Of a DNA stretch of 64,000 bases, positions 50,301-64,000 are shown in pieces. Position 1 is the stretch's first letter. Each line of letters opens with the position of its first letter. The notes under the pieces were generated by a model. The model ran no database searches, was not told the DNA's origin, and saw only the letters and a list, made by a program, of their open reading frames with translations. The stretch spans positions 1-64,000 of the forward strand of contig JBEWZL010000149.1 of assembly GCA_045837725.1 (NCBI GenBank), written 5' to 3'. This DNA comes from Vermamoeba vermiformis. Its lineage: Eukaryota. Both the position numbers and the translations under genes were made by a program.

Positions 50301-51071
50301 AGTTGCTGCGTTATCGAATTACGGAACTCCCTTGAAGGCTCTACAGCTCTTATGGGTCAACATGATTATGGACACTCTGGCTTCGTTAGCATTGTGCACT
50401 GAACGTCCGAATCCAGAGTTGTTGAATCAAAAACCATTCGGGTATGAATATAACCGTACTATAATGAGCACGAATTAATAGTGTCGTATTTAGCAAGGAC
50501 GGTTTGTTGTCTCGACGACTGTTGCGTAACGTTTTGTGCCAAGGACTTTATCAAATCACGGTACTATTGATAATCCTTTATGCTGGTGATGCGATTTGGC
50601 ATTTCAGTGTAAGTGCTGGGCTAGTTACCCATTGATATGACTAACGGTTGTGCACCTCAGAGCTACGGAGAGTGGGGCGTTGGAAATCCACGAGCAAGCT
50701 TGCACTACACTTTCTTGTTCAATACCTTCGTGTTCTTCCAAATATTCAACTTGTTGAACGCACGAAGAATTGGTGACGGTACGTAACGGCAGCCCTCGCG
50801 GAGTCTGATCTAATCTGGGTTTTTTTCTGCAGAGAAAAATGTTTTTGCTGGCATTACCAAGGACTGGGTCTTCTCTGCTATCCTCGTGGGCATTATTATC
50901 GTCCAAGTTCTCGTTGTTTCTTTCGGTGGTTTCGTGTTTATGACGAAGAGCTTGCCGTGGGATCTCTGGTTAATATCTATTGGAGTTGGTGCTATCTCCT
51001 TGCCCCTGAGATATTTATTCAACCTGATTCCGTTGTCTAGAACATCGGCACGCGCCTATAGCCGACTCTAG
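47334..51071 (+). CDS. P-type IIB Ca2+-ATPase (PMCA-like)
   Basis: [48 protein letters not shown] and LQFQLTVN. Confidence 0.93.
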
Positions 51072-51345
51072 GATCGCTAGCGAATCTGCAATAAAAAGTT
51101 CGTACAGTGTTTCAGCGATTTCATCACGACTGCAGTCCTTAGTAATATTGCTTCTTCCTCCACTTGTGAAGAAAAATATTTTTTTTAGCAACGCATAAAA
51201 TGTTATTATTATTATTGTTAATAAGACGCACAGGATTGGTGGGTATTTTTGTCTCGGCGAAATCTCGTCGTTATTAAGCGAAAACCAATTTACCTCAAGG
51301 CTACACTCACTCTTTTGTTTCTGGCCTGTAGTCCACAATACCACT

Positions 51346-53727
51346 ATGTTAAATTGGTTTAAGAAATTAAAGGTATCCTCGAAGCGCAGGCGCTCGGGTA
51401 CATCAGCATCCGAGCAGAAAGAAACTGGAACGGAGCCAAATAATGCACAAATAGTGGAAAATACAGAGCAAAAGCCACGTAAAACAAAAAGGTCAAATCA
51501 AAAGCAAGATCCAAGAGCAGGAAAGACCAGTCGAAAAAAGAGCAGGGTAAGTCCGCTTAATTAACCTACAAAAATAAGGACACGTCAAATAATAGCAATA
51601 TTGATGTATTCTAATATATTGTCGGTTTAGTTTGATTTATCGTTTCAGGAGTAATTATTCAAATTTGCTATTCGTTTGACTTTTCAAATAAATTTTGGGC
51701 TAATTGCCTTATCACGGGGTCCCTTTGGCACAATTAATGAAATATAGAATCTATTTCCATATGAATATATTTTTGGATTTGTTATTTATAATTATACAAA
51801 GGACAAGCTCGATAACGCCGAGATTCAAAGTGGAAATCCGCAAAACGCCGGAGAATTTGAAATAGTGACGCAAATTGAAACCGTAAGTGTAAATGGCATA
51901 CAAAATCATTATCAATGACACTGCAAATCAAAAAGTGAATCGATTAATTTAATCCCAGCGTTTCTGATCACTTTTCGTTAAACAGGGTCTGCTCGATACT
52001 AAGCCAGAGATCAATGATGTAACACTTCCCTCACCTAAAGAACGTCTAGACTTCGATACTTCAGCCGAAGAAAGACGCGAGGAGGCCTCTGCACAAGAGG
52101 AAGAACAATCGTCGACTAGCGAGGACGATTACGTCGTGGACTTCGATTTTAACGACAGAATTGACGATGAAGTTGATTTTTCCTGTTTGTCTCCCGAAGA
52201 GATTGTTGTAGAGCAAGCTCGTCAGATCAAATCCGTCGCTGAAATTTTGGATATCTCCGAAGCCGTAGCCGGCAATTTATTGCGACACTATCGATGGAAG
52301 AAAGAAGTTTTGCTCACTAAGTAAGAATTTATCGAAATTTGTCTTTTAATTCGAATGAATTCAAATTAATTAATTCTCGATTAGGTATTTCGAAGATCCG
52401 GCAACAGTTTGGAAAGAGAGCGGCATTCCTAAGCCCGAGAAGCCAAAGAAGGCCAAGACTAAGCGCTCAAAGTCAAAGAAGTTGAATGCTTCAGCTTCCG
52501 CCAGCAAAGTCGGCATGTGCTCTATTTGCGGTGACGAAAAGGACTTTCAAAGTGAATGCACCGCTTTATCCTGCGACCACTGCTTCTGTAATGAGTGCTG
52601 GGAGAGCTATTTGACCATGAAGATCCAAGAAGGTCAAGTTAACAAAATTACGTGCCCTGCTGTCTCGTGCAAAGTGCTTATTGGCGAGGAACAAGTTAAG
52701 AAGTTGGTCGTCGGTGACGTTTACGACAAATACGTGCGCTTCATCACAAAGTCTTTCGTGGAGGACAATTCTCAAGTTAGCTGGTGCCCTGCTCCTGGTA
52801 AGCTTTAACGATAAACAGTGACACAGACGCAGATCTAACTGCTTTTCGTGAACAGGTTGTGGCAATGCTATCACAGCAGACATGATCAGCGGCAAGGTAG
52901 TCAAGTGCAGCTGCGGTTACAGATTTTGCTTCACTTGCCATCGTGAGGCACATGCTCCAGTTACTTGCCAACAAGTTGCTGAATGGGAGCGCAAGTGCAA
53001 AGACGATAGCGAGACATCGCACTGGATTGGCGCTAACACCAAAGACTGTCCCAAATGCAGCGTGAGCGTCGAGAAGAACGGTGGTTGCAATCACATGGTG
53101 TGCCGCCAATGCACACACGAATGGTGCTGGTTGTGTAACAAGCCTTGGAAGGGTCACAACGACTTCTACACGTGCAACCGATACGCCAAGACTCAGAAGA
53201 AGCTCAATGCTGCCAACAAGAAGAAAAAGAAGAGCAAGATCATCAAGGAAGAGGAGGAACGCGAACAAAAGCGTATTGCTCTGGAGCGATATCTGCACTA
53301 CTTTGAGCGATTCGTTAATCACGATAACGCTAGCAAGCTCGAGAAGCAGACTAAAGAGAAGGCCTACAAGAAGATGGAGGCTCTTCAATCAGAGGAGTCG
53401 ACAAGGGCCGAGGTTCAGTTCATCGAGAAGGGCACCAATGTGCTGCTCGAGTGCCACAACGCGCTTAAATACAGTTACGTCTACGCTTACTTCCTGAGCG
53501 AAGACGCGCCCGAGAAGCCGTTGTTTAACTTCTTCCAAGAAGAACTCGAAAAGACAACCGAACAACTTGCTGAGATCTTGGAGTCTCCGTCGACCATGAT
53601 GCGCAAGACAGAGGCTGTTGATGTTACCAAACTGGCCAAGATTAAGCGAGACAACCTTCTTAACGGCGTTGAGAATGCTTTTGTAAACGCTAAAATCGCA
53701 ACGCAGATGGCCGAAGACTCTAACTGA
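51346..53727 (+). CDS. Ariadne-family RBR E3 ubiquitin ligase
   Basis: RING1 CSIC..CDHCFCNECW, IBR WCPAPGC..CSCGYRFCFTC, RING2 TKDCPKC..EKNGGCNHMVC and an Ariadne domain (LKYSYVYAYFL). Confidence 0.92.
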
Positions 53728-54050
53728 GTACTTCGCGCGCTGAAAATGTAATTTAGTAAAACTGATCAGCCATGTAACATAGTTGTAAAATAAAGTGGAA
53801 AACCCATTCAACGACTTCTCTTCCTGGCCAGAAAACACAAATTCCAAAAAGAGAAAGTACGAAAAAATTAATGCAGCGCGCCAGAAAGTTTTGATTTGTT
53901 GCTTATTCTTATTATTTCGAAACTACAGAGGGGCAATTCAGCAACTAATTATCATTGGACGTTGCTTCATTTATTGCTTTCGGTGCTAATACAAAGATCC
54001 TTCGTTGGGTCACCGTCGAACATTTGGTGAAGAGGAAAGGTCGATAAATA

Positions 54051-57000
54051 ATGTCGAGCAGCCCATCTAGCGGATCTCCAAGCATTGGTACGAAAAACCA
54101 CAACATCCGATCTGTACCGAAAAATTCAATTTGGTCACAAATTGCTTTTACGAAGTGGGAATAGCGAATATATATTGGGAAAATTATTTTTCTATTTTTT
54201 TAAACCTTTACTAACATCAAATCGAAACAGCTCGGCGAGGAATTTTTATTGGCCGAGATCGGGCGCCTTCGAAGGAAAAAGTTGGAGAACAATTAAATAG
54301 CCAAGTATCAACCGGCGACCAACTCCATGGAGTTTTAGAATATAATAGTCAAAATGCTAATGTCCCAAGTCCAAAGTTCAATAACCCCATCCCAACACCA
54401 CCAAAAAGAACGGCGGCTGTATCAGAACTTACACCCGCTAACGCCAAGCGCATAACCGCCGCTAACCCTAAAAGTTTGCCGAGAATCACATCTCGCGGGT
54501 ACGCCAAACCTTTGCCAAAATTGATGCCGACGATAAGAGCCGGTCAAGTAGCAGAGTCAAAAGGACAAGATACTGCGCTCAACAACAATAATGCTTTGCC
54601 AAGCGCACCAAATGTAGCAGCAACTCAAGAGCCAAAATTCCCCCCAGTACCCCCAAGAACGGCTATTTCAAAGCAGCAAAGCAACGGTTCGAGCATCCCT
54701 CAACCGCCAAAACGAGCTATATCTGTCGGTCCGAAATTGGCCACAGTGAACCAAACGAGGACGACACCATCAACGCCTTCAGCAAGACCTACCAGCGCAC
54801 AAGTCACAGTTCAAAGAGAGATTTCTCGTGATGCTTCCTTGGTTACAGCAAGTCCCAAAAAAGGGATGGCACAGGCGCAAGGTTCGAAGCGATCGCAGGA
54901 GGGGACAGTCGCTCAGAACAGTCCTGGTTTTACCAACCACGCGGAGCAGACGGATCCGTCTGGGTGTCTTCCTGCCATAACTAAAAGGCCCGTAGGTGAG
55001 ATCACGCCCTCAAACACGAACCAGCGGAGACCAATTACACAAAACGTCACCAACGAAGCTGCGAAAAAAACATCGAATGAACACCGACGCGCGATATCTT
55101 CGTACAACCCCACAAATGGAGTAAGAAAATCTTCCCGAGAGCAATCATTGTCTTTAAGGTCACAAGGCACAGGTTCAACGAATCAGTCAAATTCTACTGG
55201 CAAGAGAACATCAAAAGACTTGTCAGTGAACCAGAGTGGACGAGGAGTGACAAACGCAGCAACACCTTCTCCTGCACAACGCGAAACAACGGCAATTGGA
55301 GCAAACGGCAAGATACCACCTTCTTTCACAAAGACCACAGCAAGCACGCCTAAAAAAGCGGAAGTCAGCAGCGCTCCTCAAGTGCACAGCTCGTCACCTC
55401 AGCCAGGTAATCTAAAACAATCAGCGGTACCGAAGTTAGCCCTTGGAACAATCTCTAGCGCGCAGCCTGAAATTACAAGCGATCCACACCGACTAGTAGA
55501 ACCAGTAGTTCCGAAGCCTCAAGCACCAAACACAGCGAGAGATAGAGTCAGAACTCAGTTTTTGGATGACAAACCCGTTGTGATGGAAGCCAAGCCAAAG
55601 CCGATGCTCAGCACGTTCACAGGAAGCAACCTAAGTAGCACGATCAACACAACCCCAAAGAAACCACCACCTCCGAGATCGGCAACAGTGTCTGGATTGA
55701 AAACTCGAATAGGAGTCGCATCGCCAAAGAGTTAGTTGACAGACTATTTTAACCTACGTATTGACCGCCTGTTATTACAGAAGCAACGATAGGGCTTTCA
55801 AAACAGGAGCCAAAGGGTAAGTTGATGATGATGCCCCAAGTGAAAAGCAAATTATAACGTAAGTAGTTTTGCCAACGAAACTGCGCAAGAGAACTTTCAG
55901 CGTTTCGAAAAAGAAATCAAAGAAGGTCGTGCTGACGAGCGTAGTTTCAAATAACACTCAACAACGAATGTAAGTATCATAGCTTTATAATATTAACGCT
56001 AATCGATCACTTTTAGCACGGCGTTGTCTCCTCGAGGAATTTTAGTTTCAAACCAAAATTTTACGAATTCAGTTACATTAACAACCGTGAACAATGTAAG
56101 AGCTCGACATTAATCTAATCGCAATGAAGACGTAATAATGACGATTTTAGAATGAAAGCAAAGTAATGGATAATTTATCGATGTTGCTTGGTTGGGCTTT
56201 ATATCATTCGCAGTTGTATTGTCTGTACGCCAACGGATCTGTTGTCTTGAACGACGTAGTCGAAAAAGTGTCGGTCATAAGGTTTGCCTTCATATTAAAA
56301 TTACTTCATGGCTAACTTTATAAAGGTTGTACATCCCTTCAATGCGACCAGTCATAGGAAGTCAACAAGGGTAAGCTAGTAGCGTTATCAGTACCGAATA
56401 GCTAACGAAGTTATACCAGAGAACCAAAAAAAATTCAAAATTGCGTCTTGATGGCGACTGAACATCATCTGTTAGCTGTCGTCAATTTAGTAGCAGGTAA
56501 AGGACATTCGAATGTACGCCAAAGCCACAGACAATTACAACGTTATTTTCTCAGATTCTCACCACACGTTCATTTGTTGGAATGCTGCACGATTAGGCGG
56601 CAAGCCCGATGTTTTTGAATTGGATTTGAAGTATGATAACAAACCCTTTTATCCGCAGCATAACAGATGCTCAATGGACGTACGTATTAATATTTTAGTA
56701 ATAAGATGAGACTTACGGTTACATTAGGGCAACATCGTCGCATTGAGCTCCGGCGAAATAGTACTAGTGTTTCTGTACAATGTTGAAAAGGCGCCCAAAC
56801 AGTTGTGTGAACTGAACATCAAAGGCGGATCTGTGTTCAAAGCTTGGCATTTAGGTACGTTCTGAAACATATCTCGCGATATCATACTAAAATAGCAAAC
56901 ACAGTAGATGTGTCGATTGACGGGACTGTCAAGCCAATCCAAGTGGGCGGTCACGTAGTCGATTCAGTGCTAATTTGTGGCGATAATGAAGGCAAAGTGA

Positions 57001-57486
57001 GTGTGCTGGATACGTTTGGACGTCAGTTGTGCTCGGGGACTTTGCCACGACAATCGAGTCACGAGGTTAGTATTAAGTGAAAGAGCGATTATGACACGTC
57101 AAGTTTGACACTTACCTTTGACATGGCAGACGTCTTCATCAAAAATTTTATCACCACGTGCTTCGCCGGCCAAGAAGACAACCGCTTCGCAGAAAGTTAC
57201 TTGTTTTCATATCGTGCGGAACACGCGCATGCTTTTTGCGGGGCACGAAGACGGTACAGTGAGTCTATGGCTGTTGGATCAAGTGGAAGGAAGTTGTATC
57301 CTGAGCCCTCTTAAGGCCTACAATATGCATGGCCCTATTCAAGATTTGTGCATTGACTATAAGGCCCTAAATAACCCTGGCTCACATTTGTTGATCTCGA
57401 TCAGAAAATCAGCCAGCGAGCCTCCTTCGGTATTGTTCTTGGAGCTGCCTAAATTCTTGCGAGAAATTGTACAAAGTAATTTATAA
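54051..57486 (+). CDS. Hypothetical protein: long P/S/T-rich disordered region plus C-terminal WD40-like region
   Basis: A 419-aa low-complexity ORF is followed by short exons with WD-like LICGDNEGKVSVLD and LFAGHEDGTVSLW. Confidence 0.55.
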
Positions 57487-57627
57487 TATTAGAGTGTAAT
57501 AGTAATCAAAGCTATTTTAGATCATTTCACTGAAATTTGTTAGTTTGTGACAAAACTTTTCAATTTGAAAACAAGCAAATTTGTCAATTTTAGTGTAATC
57601 GACAGCATATAATATTATTTTTAAATC

Positions 57628-58556
57628 ATGGCTGTAAGGAGAGGAGCGCGAAACGTTATTCAATGGCTGAGAGACGATCATAAACAATTAGATCACGCTT
57701 TCAAAATGTCAGTAACTGGATACTTTGATAGTTTAGCATAAGTACTGATAATTGAACATTGAATAGGCTTGCATTGCGCGAATATCGCGAGGATCATTAC
57801 GAAGTGAAAAAGAAAGAGCTGATCCGCGCTCTGACGGCGCATAATGCCTTTGAAGAATCAGTAGGTGCTTATTAATAACAGGCAATAATATATATTTAAT
57901 ATTCGCTTTTGCAGCATTTAATGCCAAAATTTAAGTCGCATTTTCTTGTCAACTTTGATCAGCTCAAAAAAGATTACTTGGACCAACATATCGATCTCGA
58001 TAAGTCGTAAGTACAGTAATCATATATGGAGTAGAATAACAAAGTGATATCAGAAATTATGGTGATTGTGATAATAATTACAGATGTCGATAATTATTTT
58101 GCTAACTGGCACTGATTTTGACTGCATTTACAGTGTTAAAGAATTTGAGAAGGTTAAAATAACAGATAATACATATCCTGTGAAGATAAATGATCTCTAT
58201 GCAAAGTTCAAGGTACATCTACAAATCCGCTATTTCTAAAATCCTAATGATTGGTTTAGACGCACACGGAAGAAGAAGAATTTCTATATTCAAAAATAGA
58301 AGAAAATTTTACGCCTGAAGAGCTGGATGCGCTCTGTGATGAATTTGAGAGATCAGGTAAATTGATCTGGCTTAGAATTATTTTGAATGACAAATAATAT
58401 TATCGTAATTAAATTAATATATTGATTATAGTGCATTTAATGCCTACGCACCCTCACACAAAAGTTCCAGGCGAGATTCGGGCGACTGCGCTTGGCGCGA
58501 ACGTTTTGGGCTTGTATGACAAGCTATCTGATAAGTTTAAGAAAATGATACAATAA
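57628..58556 (+). CDS. Hemerythrin (HHE) domain protein
   Basis: Spliced VIQWLRDDHKQL...LTAHNAFEES...QHIDL...THTEEEEFLY...MPTHPH. Confidence 0.75.
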
Positions 58557-58700
58557 TGTAATAAATACATAGTTATACGGCCGTATTGTGGTTGTTCAGG
58601 GGTAAACAGTTGAAAAAAAGGCGATCTATTCGTGTTTCTACTTTCTTATTGTCCAGACCACAAGTGACCTATAATAATCGAATAGTAACAACTTATAATC

Positions 58701-61187
58701 ATGAACAAGTTATTCACTTCATTGGGTATGGAAGGAGAGCGCCACAAGGGCCAGGATGTGCGTGCTCAAAACGGTAAGCCAGATTTATCACCAAAATTGA
58801 AAATAAGGATTTATAATTGTGTATTATTTATATGTGTATTATTTTCACTATTAATAAGCATTTCAACAATTTTTAGAGCGATAAAAATAATCGAATCCAC
58901 CTCAAAAATATTTTTAAAATAAATACGCCATTCTAATGCAATAATATAATTATTAAAATATATGCACTATATTTCATGTCATATATACGTATTATATACG
59001 ATTATTAACGATTATTGCATTTAGTTACTGCTGCGATCGCTTTGGCGAATATTATTAAAACCTCCTTGGGTCCTGTTGGTCAAGACAAAATGTTAGTCGA
59101 CGATATTGGTGATGTGACTATTACCAACGACGGTGCTACTATTTTAAAGAAATTAGAAGTCGTACATCCGGCCGCTAGAGTTTTGGTCGATCTTGCTCAA
59201 TTACAAGACGACGAAGTTGGTGACGGAACTACCTCAGTTGTTATTATTGCCGCTGAGTTATTGAAGGTAAGCAAACGATGCTTAATTTAATACAAAGCTT
59301 CAGATCGAATCTCCAAACAAAAATATTTTATTTTGCTACATCCGTTTTGATTACCTTCAAAATTGTTCAAATTCTTACCAATTCATTTTCGATATAGAGA
59401 GCCAACGAGTTGGTTAAGAAAAAGATTCACCCCACCAATATTATCTCTGGATTCAGAGTTGCCATGAAGGATGCGACCACTTACATTAAGGAGAAATTGG
59501 CCATTCCAGTTGAACAGCTCGGCCGTGAAACTCTTATCAATATTGCCAAGACATCCATGTCTAGCAAGATCATCAGCTCTGACGCTGAATTTTTCGCTAG
59601 TCTCTGCGTGGCTGTAAGTAGATTCGATCCACATCCAACTTTCAAATCCGACCCAGATCACGCTCGCAACTTTATTTTCGTTATTGATAGTGCACTTATT
59701 AATAATATTATATAGGCCGCTGAGAGAATTAAGGCCGTGACTGCTAGCGGCAAAGCCAAATACAACATTAAACACATCAACATTTTGAAGGCACACGGAC
59801 GCAGTGCGAAAGAGTCACAATACATCGAGGGTTACGCCTTGAACTGCATTCCTGCTTCACAAGCCATGCCCCGCCGCGTCAACAAGGCCAAGATTGCTTT
59901 GATTGACTTCACTTTGCACAAAGCTCGCATGCCTCAAGGTGTGTTGATCAACGTCAATGACCCGACCAAGCTCGATCTGATCCGTCAACAGTACGTACCA
60001 CCTTATAACACATTACTTAGCACAATATAGTATAGTTTAATAGTAAGATAGCACGTGCATTAGAACTGCAATCGTAATATTGTGTTGCCATTATTTTTGA
60101 TGTAGATCTGTTTTTTTGAAGTAATGGGAAGTACTAATATGTTGTCTTTGTGTTACTATAGAGAGAGCGAGTTGGTGAAGAAACAAGTGCAAATGATCAT
60201 CAACGCCGGTGCCACAGTTGTTCTCGGCACCAAGGACATTGATGACGTCGCCTCCAAGTACATGGTCGAGGCTGGCATCATGGGTGTCAAGCGCTGCAAG
60301 AAGTCAGATCTCGAACGCATTGCCAAGGCTACTGGCGGTCAAGTTTTGTTGACTCTCGCTAACCTCGAGGTACCTTGCTGAGCACTTCCACAACACGACA
60401 TTGCACTGGTGTTAACGCAATTGTATTATTTAGGGCGAAGAATCGTTTGACCCGGCAATGCTCGGTGAAGCTGAGACCGTGAGCGTCGAGCGCATTGCCG
60501 ACGAAGAATTGGTCGTGATTAAGGGCACTAAGATCAACAACGCCGCCTCGATCATTTTGCGCGGTGCCAACACTTACATGCTCGAAGAGATGGAGCGATC
60601 AGTGCACGACGTCTTGTGCGCTTTGAAGCGTGTCCTTGAGAGCGGCAGCGTCGTACCTGGTGGTGGTGCCGTCGAGACCGCTGTTGCTATGCACTTGGAG
60701 GTACTGTCAACTGCTGGCATATGTCGTGCTTGACGGTGTTAACTAACGCATTGCAATTACAGAACTTTGCCCGCACTATGGGCTCGCGCGAACAATTGGC
60801 CGTGGCTGAGTTCGGCGAGGCTTTGCTCGTCATTCCCAAACAGTTGGCTTTGAACGCTGCTTTGGACGCTACTGACATGACTGCTAAGCTCGCTACTCTC
60901 CACAACGCCTCGCAAAAACAAAACGACAAGGCTCAATACGCCAGGTACAGATCCAACACAATTTCCTTTTTTAGTAATTATAATTAATCTCGGGTATCAG
61001 ATACGGTTTGGATTTGTTCGGCGGCAAGGTTCGCGATAACGTTGAAGCTGGTATTTTGGAGCCTGCGATGTCCAAGGTCAAGTGCATCCAGTTTGCCACT
61101 GAAGCTGCTATTACCATTTTGAGAATCGACGATATGATCAAGCTTGCTCCGAGAAAGGAACCTAGCCACGACGATCACGATCATTAA
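58701..61187 (+). CDS. TCP1: T-complex protein 1 subunit alpha (CCT-alpha)
   Basis: [59 protein letters not shown] and [14 protein letters not shown]. Confidence 0.96.
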
Positions 61188-61339
61188 GCACGATCATAAA
61201 AGGTTATGCTTATGTGACTTGTATTGTTCTGCCACACCAAAAAAATAAATTATTTTCCGAAACAATGCAGCGCAAAATCACGCCTTAATCTCGTTGATCT
61301 TGTCCGTTATTTTTCTGTTATTTTCGTTACTAATTCACA

Positions 61340-62125
61340 ATGAAGTACACGACTACTCTTATTATATTGCTCGGCATCATAGCCGTTTGTTGGGCCGGTA
61401 GAGAGTACAAAATTTACAAAGATCAGCTTTGTGTTCAGGGCTACTCAGCCTACTACTGGGTAAATAATTATAGACAATTCCAGTATAATAATGTGCGCTA
61501 ATCAATTGCTGAAAGACTACCGATGCTTGTCCTGTAAAGCGCGCAGTCCAAAACGAGTGCCTGCAGATCGGTACTACTGGCTATTACTACGAGCCGTCAT
61601 GCTCCACCTCTGCTAATGTTACTATTGGTTGGCCTACATACATTTTATACCATTCAACTAAAGATTGCACTGGAGACTACGACCTTTACGCTGGTAATTC
61701 CTAAATCCAAAACTAAAAAAATATTGTGAGCTCGTAGTAACTCTAAATTCTACGCAGTCCCCAAGTATGATGAGACCACGCCTTCAGTTATATGGAATGT
61801 CGACTCTATCATTGAGATTAAGTTGAACGTTACTTGCAACCAAGGAACCCTGACGGGTACACGCTGTTCTGACTCCGGCTGTGCTATCGATGCTATGGCG
61901 TATAACACTTGCGTTGCGTTTGATCTTTATTCCGGAAAACAATCAAGTTGCCAAGGTGAGTTGAATTTTACTTTTACGGATGTAGACTTCGTTTTAACTT
62001 CGATTTGATTAGGCTCTGCTACGCCTACTTCATCTCCTGTCGCAACCACTCCTGCTAAAAAGTCTTCTGCATCCGTTGCTGCTTTCAGCGGATTTGTTTT
62101 GTTGGCTGGATTATTTGCTTTTTAG
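61340..62125 (+). CDS. Secreted Cys-rich, probably GPI-anchored protein
   Basis: Signal peptide MKYTTTLIILLGIIAVCWA, Cys-rich exons, a T/P/S linker and hydrophobic tail SSASVAAFSGFVLLAGLFAF*. Confidence 0.65.
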
Positions 62126-62176
62126 AAGCGTATTTGCGTTAATAAATATGATTTTATTTGTTCGTATTTATTTGTA

Positions 62177-64000
<1,824 letters not shown>

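Overview
Gene-dense, intron-rich eukaryotic DNA, probably an amoebozoan (inferred from the Acanthamoeba-like profilin and the short GT-AG introns with CTAAY branch points). From ~17.6 kb to 64 kb it is host chromosome: F-box gene, Spo7/CNEP1R1-like, NF-YC, Pro/Gly-SH3 protein, ER cyclophilin, a coronin-BTB fusion, three tandem F-box/SNF2 helicases, PAP2 phosphatase, a UBA/UIM USP, profilin, PMCA, Ariadne E3, hemerythrin, CCT-alpha and aconitase. The segment ~1.9-17.0 kb is different and looks like a self-contained, probably mobile island with no transposase I can recognise. It carries two large orphan genes, a putative spliced non-coding RNA built from ~155-bp exon+intron repeats, an Fpg/Nei DNA glycosylase, an acidic-tail protein head-to-head with a ~730-aa protein ending in a divergent histone H3 fold, and two terminal arrays (42 bp and 51 bp) sharing a palindromic core. 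The island is marked by 12 exact copies of the palindrome AGCTAY-N9-RTAGCT, all in introns or intergenic DNA, and its flanks are strongly CpG-depleted. Working hypothesis (inference): an element with its own sequence-specific chromatin or anti-silencing system. Gene models were assembled by eye, so exon boundaries are approximate.
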